Assembly: GCA_964016885.1 (NCBI GenBank)
Contig: OZ024741.1
Coordinates: forward strand, 145,266,001 to 145,330,000
Source of the DNA: Eledone cirrhosa
Lineage: Eukaryota
Length of the DNA: 64,000 bases
Reading direction: 5' to 3'
The position numbers and the translations under genes are program-made. The notes under the pieces were generated by a model that did no database searches, had not been told where the DNA came from, and saw only the letters and a list, made by a program, of their open reading frames with translations. This document shows, in pieces, positions 13,813 through 26,060 of this stretch (positions are counted from its first letter, which is position 1; each line of letters starts with the position of its first letter).

Positions 13813-14163
13813 TGGAGGCACATGGCTTAGTGGTTAGAGCATTGGCCTTGCAATCGAAAGGTTGTGAGTTCAATTCTCAGACCGGGTGATGTGTTGTTTC
13901 CTTGAGCAAGGCACTTTATTTCACATTGCTCCAGTTTACTCAGCTGTAGAAATGAGATGATAGGGACTGGTGTCCCTATCATTCCACTGTAAAGTGGTCG
14001 TGGAGGTGCCACGGCAAAAAAGCACCCAGCACTCACTGTAAATGAGGTTGGTGTTAGGAAGGGCATCCAGCTGTAGAAATCAAGCCAGCATCAGTTCCCA
14101 TCCCACCCTTGCAAGCAGGGAAAAAGCGGATGTAAAATGAAATGATGATGATGATGATGATGA
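13813..14163 (+). mobile_element. Full-length tRNA-derived CORE-type SINE (octopus OR-like)
   Basis: A box tggcttagtgg, B box gagttcaattctc, MIR-CORE-like block ccttgagcaaggcactt..ccagtttactcagctgtagaaatgag, RTE-like 3' tail and (tga)n. Confidence 0.92.
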
Positions 14164-16648
14164 TATATATATATATATATATACATATTAGGAGAGCTTT
14201 GTCTTTTATATATATATATATATATATACAAATAATAAATAAAAGAAAACTATATATATATATATACAAATAATAAATAAAAGAAAACTACTTCTGTTCA
14301 AAAGAAGAGAAACTTTTTCCAAGTGAAGATTAAAGTAGTTAATCGATGCATCCACACAAAAAAAAAAAATACTAACAAACAAAACCTAAACTGAATGTAA
14401 AACCTAAATTTACTAATACAATACTTGGTGCTATACTATTGGTTTTCATATGATTTCAAATCAAAGTAGCAATAATAACAGTGTATGGAGTAGCACAATA
14501 AGGGTATACCAAAATATTCCTAACAAGAAATATTGAAGTGGGAACACAATCTTATAAAATAAAATATCTCTATCTATCTCTATCTCTGCACACTCATTCA
14601 CGCACACATATACATATATATTATGATGAGTTTTTGTGAAGATTCTATATGTCTATACGTAAGACTATAGTAGAAGATACTTGCTTAAAGGGCTGCAGAA
14701 TGAGATCAAACCTAGAATAACTTGATTGTGAAGTGAACTCATAAAAATCAAATATATAATGTTTGTGTCATTTTAAAATGCTCCCACTACACTTTGTAAA
14801 GTGATAAATCATGCCATGATAAAATACATGCAGTCTACTATGTAAAGTTGTAGTACTGGTGTCATGAAATATGCAGCCAGTGCACATTGTAAGTAGATGA
14901 CAGTAGGAAGGGCATCCAGCCATGAAAAATGCCAATCCATACATGTGAAAGCCCTTCCAAACCATGCCAATGATTATGGTGATGATATGTATGATGGCTT
15001 CTAATTTAAGCACAAAGCTAGAAATATTTTGGGAAAGAAGAAAGTTAATTATATTAGCATCAGTACTTGACTCTGAATTGATGAAAGGGAAAGTTAACCT
15101 TGGTGGCATTTGAGCGGAGAATGTAAAGATCTGGAATCAAATATTGTAATGCATTTTGTCTTAGTTCTACCAATAATATTTATAAATAATGGAAATGATA
15201 ATGTTGATCATCATCGTCATAATAGTAATAATAAAAGCATCATATTAATTTAGCAAACCATGCAAAAACTAATCAATGGAAATAGTAATTTATTCCCACA
15301 CAAAAAATGTTTTACATAGTAAAAAGAAAAGATGTAATATGAATCGAATAAGTAATAAGAAGGGTAGCTCCTTTGACATAGATATATAAATCAGCAATGA
15401 ATGTACACGCACATACAAAAACATTCATACAAACAAACACACACACATTAATATATCAATAAATCAGCTACATATAAATATTAATATTCTGTCAACAATA
15501 TAACAAGAACTTGTACAAGATTGTGTGATAAATATAAAGAAATGAGTTGATTTCTTTTTTCTCTCATCCCTGTCTTGTAATTTTGCTAAGTGCATTCAGT
15601 TTAGATTAATCCCACTGTATACCTGCATGTCATAAAAGGTGACTAATGGAGGTAGTACCAGCAAAGGTATCTGCTGTAAAACGTTGCCTAAAAAAAGACT
15701 GCATGATGAGTATGTATCTTGTTATGGGGTCCTCATAAGCTTAACATCTACTTTAGCATAGAAAAGGGATAAAATGCTTGTTGTTCCTGTCTAATATATG
15801 TTTTGTTCTGATATGCATGTGTTGAGACAATAGTATTAATGAGTTAACTTCAATAACTAGGATCAAAAACTTTTATCGTGTTTAAAATATCCTACAGCAG
15901 TTTTTATGTTATTAAACGGTTTCTGATATATATATATATATATAATTATTGAAGTTTCCGTTGAAAATTGAAAAAGTCATAGGAGTGAAGAGTGCTCTAT
16001 GTAAGTTGCAGAGCTAAATTTAATGTATAATAAACAATACAATATAGTTACCTCATTACCAGAGTTTTCCCGAATAAGACGAATCCAAGAAACGTCCTCA
16101 TTCTTTCGTCAGACAAGCAATTTAAAACATAGTGAAATATTTGAAAAATCTCCTCAAGAAAGGCAAAAGTTTAACGGGCAAAAAAAATATATAAATAAAA
16201 GTAATGCAAGAGATATATAAAAATAAAATAAGGAAATATAGTAAGGGTATGTGTATAAATGTGTGTATAAATGTGTGTATGTACAAATGCATGTGTATAG
16301 TGAAAAAATGTGTGCATAAGTACATACATGAGGGCAAGCATATCAGTGTATGTGTGACCACAAATACGTATATAATATATGTTGAAAAAAGAAATTGTAA
16401 GATAATAGAGTTAGCGTACATACAGACTCAGGGACTCAGGATTGAAATATATACACATACAAGTATGAAAGCACGCGTATAAACACACACACACGTGCAA
16501 CCACATACATGCATGTGATATATACAGGGAAGGGAGTGTATCAGTCAAAGCAGTGTCAGGTTGAAGGTCGATACATATATAAAAAAATAAAATATGAAAA
16601 TGAAAAAATGAAAAAATATATATTTTTTCATTTTTTCATTTTCCTATT

Positions 16649-16653
<5 letters not shown>

Positions 16654-16694
<41 letters not shown>

Positions 16695-16806
16695 GTACGT
16701 ATGTATGTGTGTATGTATGTATGTATGTATGTATGTATGTATGTATGTATGTATGTATGTATGTATGTATGTGTGTGTGTGTGTGCAAGTGTGTGTGTGT
16801 GTGTGT
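16654..16806. repeat. Compound (TA)n-(TATG)n-(TG)n microsatellite
   Basis: Read directly from the sequence. Confidence 0.95.
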
Positions 16807-17578
16807 ATGCTTGTATGTATAGAAGCAAACATGTCTGTGCAGTTAAAATGTTTAATTTGTAACCATGTGGTTTGGGGTTCAGTCATAATGCAGGGCTTTT
16901 ACTTCTTGTAAGTAAATCAAATGAGTCATGCTATTGATGTGATGAAATGAAATTTCTTCAATGACATTGCTTCTATATATATTTTATGAATTTTCAGATG
17001 ATACAAGAATGAACATAGTTTAATATCTGATTCGTTGAGTCAATATTCAGATTAAAATATCTAGATATATCTATATACAGAAATTTAGCAAGGCTTTCAC
17101 CATTTTTGTTTATTCTGTTATATTTTTTCTACTCATTCTTGTAGAAACATGTAATAGAAGAATGAAATGTTTTAACCTTTTCATCTTGAGTATTTGTGTA
17201 TTATGTACATACATATATACATACATACATATATACATACATACATATATACATACATACATATATACATACATACATACATATATTCACATACTCATGC
17301 ACATATATGTATGTTTGTATAATGTGTGTATATCGTCATCATCATCATCACCGTTTAACGTCTATTTTTCCATGCTTGCATGGGTTAGACTGGTTGTGCA
17401 CGCCGCGGGGCAAGTCTGGCCAGAGTTGGTCATGTCGAATATTGCACCGGTGAGGACTGTAAATTTGACCGGATATTTTACAGCTGGATGCTCTTCCTAA
17501 CACCAACCACAATTACAGAGTGTATATATATATATATATGACAAGTAAGTATGTTTTGAAACAGTGAGCAGGTTTGAA

Positions 17579-17777
17579 ATTAGAAAATAGAATAGCTTTC
17601 ACCATATTTTTTACTAAAGAAATTTTAGTCTGATAATGGGGTTTAGAACCCTCAGATAAATGGAAAAAGATGAGTATTGACCTCATCTTTTTCCATTTAT
17701 CTGAGGGTTCTAAAGGCCATTATCAGGTTAAAATTTCTTTCGTCAAAAATACGGTAAAAGCTATTCTATTTTCTAAT
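17579..17777. mobile_element. Foldback (palindromic) MITE-like element
   Basis: Arms 17579-17674 and 17682-17777 are reverse complements (attagaaaatagaatagcttt / aaagctattctattttctaat; ttagaaccctcagataaatggaaaaagatgag / ctcatctttttccatttatctgagggttctaa) with a 7-nt loop. Confidence 0.85.
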
Positions 17778-17911
17778 ATATAAATATGTTATTAGGTGGG
17801 TAACTTGTAGTTCCTAGCGGTGATGCTAGTTGAAGCACTCAATGCTATTATTGTGTCCATCTTTTATTAGGTAGTGCCCCAATTTAGTGAACATATATTT
17901 ATAATATAATA

Positions 17912-18912
17912 TATAATGAAATTATTGTGTACAATGCTCAGGTGCACTACAACTCATCAAAGGTGCATGTATAGTACATAGAATAATGTACAAATCTCAG
18001 GAAAATGAACAGTGTATGAGTCATGAAATACATGTATGGAGGGGGGGGGGGGCATCACGTGTAGTGTTGGGGAATCTCAGCAAGCACGGAGATTTTAAAG
18101 GATGCAGTGTCTCGACAGCTAATAACTGGTGCAGGTAGTTTGTTCCAAGCTTCAGCAACTCTCAGCGTGAAAAAATGTTTCTGAAGGTCATAGGAGCTGT
18201 GCTGTTTTCTGACTTTGTAGGCATGCCCACGTGTGTTAAACACATGGAAATCAAAAAGGTGCTCAGGGTTGTTGTTGGCAAGATGGTTAATAATTTTGTG
18301 GGTGTTTACCAAATCAGTTGCCAGATGTCAGAGCTTCAATGTATCCATACCCAGGGAAGCAAGGTGTTCAGAGTATGGTATATGCCCGATGGAGGGTATT
18401 CGCTTGGTTGCACATCTCTGAACAGTTTCCAGGAGGTCAATGTTCTGAGCAAGATAGGGGTTCCAGACTGGTGATGCAAATTCTCAGTGTGGCTGCACCA
18501 TAGCTACATACAGCTTTAAATAGATAGCTGGAGAGTGACTGACAAAGGTTTTTCTGAGTGATGCTTCTGAGTGATGCTTCTTGACAATTTTAGAGACGTG
18601 CTTCGTCCAATGCAAATTGCTGCTGACAGTAATGCCTACAAGAAGACTTCTTGATATTAGTATTGTGGAGAGAGTATGTGGACGCTGGATTTTTACTCCC
18701 AAAATGCATGGTGGTACACTTGCTCAAAGCCAACTTGAGTTGCCAGTCCGTGATCTATTGTTGCATTCTGTCCAGGTCTGATTGCAGGAAAGATCTATAG
18801 TGTTCAGGATCTGTCCTTTTTATCTCAAGGTACAACTTGATGTCATCTGCATATTTCAGTACTGTGGAATTCTTTAAGTTGGCATCTATGTCATTAATAT
18901 ATGCCACAAACA
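17912..18912 (-). mobile_element. CR1-clade LINE 3' portion (RT core to 3'UTR), decayed
   Basis: Minus strand YINDI..KYADDIKLY, GITVSSNLHW..H, PVWNPYL..LETVQR.ATK, TRGHAYKV..HFFTLRVAEAWNKLP. Confidence 0.9.
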
Positions 18913-19809
18913 ATATATGTGTTCACTAAATTTTCTCTGAAGAGGTATGTTAAGTACTATCGATCAGTTGGGAATAATGGAGTATGTAATAATATAGATT
19001 TCATAGTCTAATTACATAAAACATTGAAACACATGTAAACCATTCAAGTTTTCAATAAATGAATAATTGAATATCAGCAAATATTTCTTGTTTTCTATTA
19101 ACCTGTATATTTAAAATTCAGTGTATTACCAATATTGGATTGATTTATCTTACTTGGTAAAAAACAACTAACATTAACTATGTCTTGGTGGAAAACAGTT
19201 CAATGACTACGTCGAGCACAGCCAAATCAATAAGTTGCCTTATATTCTTTGTACTTGCATATTCAGCCTACAATACAAAAACTAGAAGCTGCCTATAAAA
19301 AGTTGATACCTGAAATTTATTTCATATAATATATGTGTGTTTGTGGGTGTGTGTATGCATGTATATATGTGTGTGTGTGTGTGCAGATCAACTAGATAGG
19401 TCAAGGATCTGTGTCTTGCTTATGTAAGATCTCATATTCCATCGAGTGCACAAAAAGGCTGAGAGTCCTCCCAAACCTTTGTTTGGCAAGCTTTCTATAG
19501 CTGGATGCCATTCCTAGCACCAACCTCTTTACAGCAAAAACTGAGTACATTTATTGTGTAGATCACCAAAACTAGGGTGGATGTCATGACCTTGACACGA
19601 TTAAAGGGTCCTCTCAATCCTTTGTTTGGCAAACCCTCCAGGGTTGGATGCCCTTCCCATCACAAACACTTTCACAGAGAGGTAGCAGCTATTGCTGTGT
19701 GTGTGGGGTCATGGGGCTTGTGGTAAGTGTGGTGTAGAATAAGGGTTGGCAATGAGTACAGTCATGAATTTGAAATGCAGAGATCTATCCACTTGTGTTT
19801 ATCATTACC

Positions 19810-20530
19810 ATTCTGGCCATCACTGAGAAGTTTAAAACTGACACTTCATGGGAGCTCCTGTATGCTGACGACCTAGTCTCATAGATGAAGAGTTAGAGGC
19901 AAAATTTCAAGCATAGAAGAAGAACCTAGAATTGAAAGGCCTAAAGGTAAATTCAGCAGACGAAAGTCTTAATAAGTAGAAAAGACGACAGGTATGTGAT
20001 ACCATCAGGAAAGTGGCTTTGTTTAATTTGTCAGAAACAGGTGGGCAGGAATTCTATAAGGTGCACACAATGTTATTATGGATGCACAAGATATGTAATG
20101 GGATTGCAAGTGGACTAAAGAAAAAGATAGACTTTATATGCAGCAGATGCACAGGGGAAATGAGCACAAAGATCACACATGAAATATATTCCCTCAGCTG
20201 CCAGAGGGGCTTCATAGAAGTTGTTGACACCTTTTGCTTCCTATGTGATCAAATTAGAAGTGGAGGACAATGCACTGAAAGTGGGATAGCTAGAATAAGA
20301 ACAGACTGGAAATGTTTAAAGATCTATTACCGCTGCTAACAACAAAATGCATTTCTCTCAGAATGAAGGGTAGACTGTATGATGCATGTATGTGAACTGC
20401 AATGCTATATGGCAGTGAAACTTTGGCCTTGACTGTAGAATACCAGTGGAGACTAGAAAGAAATGAGTCGAGTAAGCTCTGGTGGATGTATAATGTTAGA
20501 GTGCATGAGATACATAACATAAGCAAAGTG
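19810..20530 (+). mobile_element. RTE-clade LINE fragment, decayed
   Basis: ELLYADDLV (19853-19880), WMHKICNG..FICSRC, MLYGSETL. Confidence 0.85.
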
Positions 20531-20592
20531 AGGGATATATATATGTGTGTATATGTGTGTGTGTGTGTATGTGTGTATGTATATATACATAT

Positions 20593-20850
20593 CCGGGAGA
20601 GATGACCCCTTAGCCTTTGTCAAGGCAGAATTCTAGGAGAAGGAAAACTCTGATATAACACCTGCAACCCTGATGGTATCCAATGATGTTGACTTGTTCT
20701 TCTTTTTGGTAAATATCATCTTGGTTAAGAGAGTGGGACTGGCTTTGTGCAGTGCCTTTGCTCACTATAAAAGCTTCACGGCACAGGCATTGCTTTATAT
20801 CTGGAGATCTCTCTGCACTTGTCATCACATTGTACCATGGGCCCAGCATG
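20593..20850 (+). mobile_element. Internal fragment of a putative RTE 5'UTR
   Basis: Near-identical reverse complement of 41094-41350 (ORFs 20610-20930 and 41094-41333 give almost the same peptide); contains ctaggagaaggaaaactctgat. Confidence 0.65.
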
Positions 20851-20899
20851 TATATGCATATATATATATGTATGTGTGTATGTATGTATATATATGCTC

Positions 20900-22070
20900 T
20901 CACTCGCGCCCGTGAAACAGACCGCACCACGGCCCTCTCACCTCACCCATGTTCCTATCCCTCTCACCTAGCACCCCATCACCCTACCACTCCGGCGATA
21001 TATCCTCCGTTCCTTCCGTATCCTCTCTTCTGACCCCGTCACTTCTCGCTTTTTTCCAAACTCACCCATTACTGTTTTTAAGCGCGCCCGAAACCTCCGC
21101 GACCTCCTGGTTCCCAGTTCTTTTTCGTCCTCTCCTACGACTTCACCCAGCTCTCATCCTTATTCTTGTTCCCGCTGCAACACTTGTCCCTTTATTTCCA
21201 CCCTATCACTCTTACAGGCCCTAACGGGTCTTTCTGTATCCGCCATTCTTTCACCTGCACATCCACCCACGTTGTCTATGCCCTCCGGTGTTCCCTTTGC
21301 GGGTCTTTATATATTGGACAAACGGGACGTCGTATGGCGGACCGTTTTGCCGATCATTTGAGGGACATCAGATTCAGTTTTTGAGGGACATCAGACTCCT
21401 TTTGCCCGTCATTTCTGTTCTGGTCATTCTTCCATACATGTTTCAGTCCTGGGTGTCCTTTTACATCATGGATCACAGGCCTCGCGCACCAGGACTGAAC
21501 AAAGTCTGATCCACCGTCTTGGGTCCTATTCCTCTCTTGGACTCAACTCACCTCCCCAATTTCTCTAATAACCCGTCCATTATCACACCCCTAGATTCCT
21601 ATCGCTTTCTCTTTGCTCATAGCTTTGTACTTACATGCACACACACTCTTTTACTCACATATACACACACATTTTTTCTTAGCTTCAGACCTATAATAAG
21701 ACACACACACACACAAACTCATGCTTATGCACGTGCTCAACTATAGCGCTTTTTACAAAACGTTTCTTTTTGCATTTCAAGTAGACGTGTGCCATCATCC
21801 ACTTTTCAAAAAAACAAGTCATACACAAAATGCCACCACCAACAGTTTTGCAAGAGATGTCAACATAAATGGACGTATTATTTTTATCTAAAGACATTTT
21901 TTTCAATTCCATCCCGCCCAACCGCTTAATCTATTTCATTTCTCATTCTTTCTTCTGATGAAGGACTAGCGTCCGAAACGTTAAGATCCTCTTCCTGCTA
22001 TATCAAGCGTTAACCTAATATATACCCTCCATATACTGTACCGATTGTGTTGTTATTTCTGTTTACCTTT
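20900..22070 (+). mobile_element. Penelope-like element 3' part: GIY-YIG endonuclease and 3'UTR with hammerhead
   Basis: ORF 21166-21384 FTCTSTHVVYALRCSLCGSLYIGQTGRRMADRFADHLRDIR is a PLE GIY-YIG; hammerhead core downstream. Confidence 0.88.
21951..21986 (+). ncRNA. Minimal type I hammerhead ribozyme (PLE-associated)
   Basis: tctt-CTGATGA-a-ggac-tagc-gtcc-GAAA-cgtt-aaga: conserved core, stem II ggac/gtcc, palindromic ACGT stem III, stem I tctt/aaga. Confidence 0.8.
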
Positions 22071-22091
22071 TACACACACACACACACACAT

Positions 22092-22120
<29 letters not shown>

Positions 22121-22122
<2 letters not shown>

Positions 22123-22268
22123 GTAATAATAAAAAATGTGAAGGCTAAAATCCAAAGGATAAATATATATCAAATATATAAGAACCGTAGAGCAAATATT
22201 TATTAAAATAACAGATTAAAATTTAAGCAAAGAATCGCTGCTTTCACATCTGTTATTTTAATAAATAT
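22121..22268 (-). mobile_element. Very short 3' end of the Naiad-like family at 61220, followed by a 21-bp inverted copy
   Basis: tagagcaaatatttattaaaataacagattaaa.tttaagcaaagaatcgctgctttcac also occurs at 61282-61341; 22196-22216 and 22248-22268 are reverse complements. Confidence 0.7.
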
Positions 22269-22730
22269 ATATATATATATACTTTAGATTTACGAAATCA
22301 CATGACTACAATATTGCACGACGTTTTGTACACCTGTGGTATTGTAACACCATCCCATTCACTGTCGTACTCAATAAACTGAATTGGATTCCAGAAAGAA
22401 AATCTACTCATACAGATTTAGTAGTGTTAGTAGCAATAATCGAACAAATTAATTAGGGTTATCAATAAAAATCAATACAACTAATATCAACCAATTAATA
22501 CATCAAATCAATTAATAAAAAGATATCAAGACTGTTTATTATTATTAATATATACAACATTAAAAAATATATAATTGGTGCAGAGAACACATTCTGTACT
22601 ATAATTGGATTACTCTCTTTCTCTTTATGTCCCTCTTTCTCTTTTGTTCTCTCTGCATGTCTGTCTCTGACTCTCTCCCCCTCTCTCTCTCTTTCTTTCC
22701 CTATCTATCTATCTATCTATCTATCTATCA

Positions 22731-23031
22731 CAAGGTGGGTGAAAGTGGCGAGAATGGCCCGAGTGAATGGGCCTTCTCTCCATATCAGCCTGTAGGTTGA
22801 GGAAAAAGAGGAAGAGAGGAAGGGGGTACAAACTCTTCATACTCCTGGAGATGAGGGTTGCACATTTTTTCGGGGGTATGTGTTACCCATATGAACTGTC
22901 TCCCCCTATTGGGAAAATCGACTAATTTTTTAAATTGCATTTGTGATAATATTTTACACGTTTTTATTGTATGTAAACTTCCCCCTTTGTATTTGTCCCC
23001 TTCTTTTGTGCCCCTGTGGCTAATAAAGAAA
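22731..23031 (+). mobile_element. Tx1-like LINE 3' end in (TATC)n
   Basis: Homologous to 55405-55685 (RWVKVARMARVNGPS, then 3'UTR ending aataaagaaa); preceded by (ctat)n. Confidence 0.85.
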
Positions 23032-23138
23032 CATATCTATCACCCCTCTCTGTTTCTTTATGTATTTCCTTGTCTGTTATATGTGTGTATAAAATCATCT
23101 GTGATGATGGCCATAAAATTGATGATGATAATGATGAC

Positions 23139-23139
<1 letters not shown>

Positions 23140-23184
<45 letters not shown>

Positions 23185-24445
23185 GTTTAACGTCCATGTT
23201 CCACGCTTGCATGGGTTTGGACGGGAGTTTTCCCACTTGAGGCAAGAGTGGTTGTCTTGCTCGCATAGGACTGTCTGGCGGGTTTTCTACAGCTGGATGC
23301 TCTTCCTAATACCAACCACATTTACAGTGTGGGTCTGGGAGGTTTTTACCGTGTTGCCTACACGGCCACATTACAGCGTAGACTGTGTGTTTTTTTTGTC
23401 GTGACACCTACACGATCTCATTTGTTTTGGCCTGGATGTTGTGGCACCAACATAACTTTACATTGAAAGGGGCGGTGTGGATTGGGTGGGGGTGGTGGGA
23501 CGGGGGTGTATTTTGTTAGAGATGCCTACTGACTGTAGTAGGTTTTACTTTGTATTTAGGTAAGGCGGGTCTTCTCTATTACTGAGTACCGCCAAAGGTC
23601 TCGGTCCAGTGACATTGTCTTGGAGAGGTGTAAGTGTGTGAGGTCGGAATTTATCAGCTCATCCCAGGTTTTTCTAGGTCTGCCTACTCCGTGGCTACCA
23701 TCTATCTTTATTGCCCTGCACTTTGTTATACAGCTGTCGTCTTTCATGCGCATCACGTGACCATACCAACGTAGCCTTCTCTCGAGTAAACAACATCTGA
23801 TCCCTCTTATTTCTAATTTTTTCCTTAGTTCGTTTATGCTTTGCCTTTCACGTATATTACTATTACACATCCAGCGGAGCATGCAAGCTTTGTTCCTCTC
23901 TAGTCTGCATATATCCTCTGCACACAATGCCGAGGTCTCACTGCCATGCAACATTGCTGTTCGTATGCAGGCATCATACAACCTGCCTTTCATTTTTAGG
24001 GAGAACCCTTTAGCGGCTAATAGTGGTATAAGCTCTCTGAACTTTTTCCATCCAGTTCTGACTCTAGCTACTGTACTTTCAGAGCACCCTCCCCCACTGC
24101 TGATTTTCTCACCCAGGTAACGGAAGCTGTCCACTATTTCTATAGAACCCTCTGCGCAATTGAAAGAGCTAGTATTCTGTGGGCACTTGCTGCTACCTAT
24201 TGCACCAGAGCACCAGCCACATGTAAAATCTATGTTCTTAGTTAGCTTACCTGTGATCCCACTACATCTTTTATGCACCCATACTTTGCATTTGGGACAT
24301 AAAATGGAGTTTCTACCTACGCCTTTCCTACACACTGAGCATGGTCATTTCCCAGAAGGGACCGCCGCCTTATTTTCTTTCCTACAAACTAGAACTTTAG
24401 TCTTAGCCAGGTTAATTTTAAGGCCTTTTGATTCTAGGCCGTGCT
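23140..24445 (-). mobile_element. RTE-clade LINE, 5'-truncated, with 3'UTR and (TGA)n tail
   Basis: ORF 23556-24335 (259 aa): CRKGVGRNSILCPKCKVWVHKRC..MLHGSET..RRLRWYGHVMR..GRPRKTW. Confidence 0.95.
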
Positions 24446-24449
24446 TGAT

Positions 24450-24642
24450 GATAATAATTGTTTCTACTTTTGGCACAAGGCCAGCAATTACCCAGTGCAT
24501 TACTGGTACTTTATTTTATCGACCCCGTAAGGATGAAAGGCAAAGTTAACCTCGGCGGGATTTGAACTCAGAATGGCAAGGACCGTAACTCTATGCGTCA
24601 AAGCATGGCATCCGATCCTCTACCAATACTGCCAATCCACTT
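24450..24642 (-). mobile_element. Meta-type tRNA SINE
   Basis: Reverse complement of the 56225-56420 family; abuts the RTE truncation point. Confidence 0.88.
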
Positions 24643-25047
24643 GATAATAATGATGCTGGTAACGATGGTGGTAATGCTGACAGTGATGGTGATGATGATG
24701 TTGGGGACGAAGATGAACATGATGATGATGATGATAATTTTGACAAAGATGATGATGAAAATGACGATGACAATCATAATGATGACAACAATGATGACAA
24801 TAATAAAGACAGTGATGATGTTGATGGTAATGATGAGATTGACCTCACCAACTGTTAAAGAAAATATACTCGAGTCTATTTTCTCTTCTGTTATATTTCT
24901 GGAGTTTCCAGATTATTTCAATATATTTGTAGACTTTATTCAATTTTTTTTTTATAGAACTTAAGAAAATATTTCTCATGTTTCTGAAAAATATATTTCA
25001 GCTTTTAGTTTTCTATGGATTCTACATTTTCTGTTATATAAAAATAT

Positions 25048-25049
<2 letters not shown>

Positions 25050-25138
<89 letters not shown>

Positions 25139-25190
25139 TGTGTGTGTGCATGTGTGTCTGTGTGTGCAGTTTACTATGGATTCTTTCTTC

Positions 25191-25231
<41 letters not shown>

Positions 25232-25830
25232 CGCATATATATATATGTATGTATGTGTGTGTGTAATACATATATGACATACAAACACACATACATATAC
25301 TTAAAATCATTAGCATTATCAGAAAGAAAAAAAAAACAGTCATTAAAATGCTGCTGCTATTATAAGTATATATATAGTGTGTGTGTACATACAAATACAC
25401 ATCATTTTTACATGCACACACACACACATACATACATATATATATATATATATACATATATACATTCATATACACATTCATACATACATTGACATACATA
25501 ACTCTTACAAGCAGATACAATAGAAGAAAAGAAAGAATCCATAGTAAACTGAAAGTGGAAAGTTATATTTTTCAGAAACAGGCAAAAGAAATTTTTTTTT
25601 TGTTCAAAGTACAAAAGAATGATAACAGCAAAATAACATATGAAAGTTAAAAATATATTGAAACTAAAGCTGTATACAGGAGACAACTTTGCTATCCATC
25701 TATTTTAGAGATCGTTATTCTATACAAACGTATCTTTGGTGTATCCATGTTTGCATACAAGTCTATTTATCTGTATGTATGTATGCATGTATGTATGTCT
25801 GTATGTATGCATGTATACATGTGTGTATGC

Positions 25831-25907
<77 letters not shown>

Positions 25908-26060
25908 GGCATGCATATATGTATATATGTATGTATATATGTATATATATATGTATGCATGCATGTATATATGCATGTATCCATGTATACATATTTGCAA
26001 GCATGTATATATGTATGTATGCATGTATCTGTGTGTGTGTGTATGTATGTATCTGTGTGT
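25050..26060. repeat. Microsatellite-rich block: (TG)n, (TA)n, (CA)n, (TATG)n
   Basis: Read directly; explains the many YIYI/CVCV ORFs here. Confidence 0.93.

Noticed and set aside
16046-16180. CpG-containing stretch with minus-strand donor-like sites (MRTFLGFVLFGKTL or NEDVSWIRLIRE)
   Set aside because: Short, no homology I can recognise and no partner exons; it needs RNA-seq.
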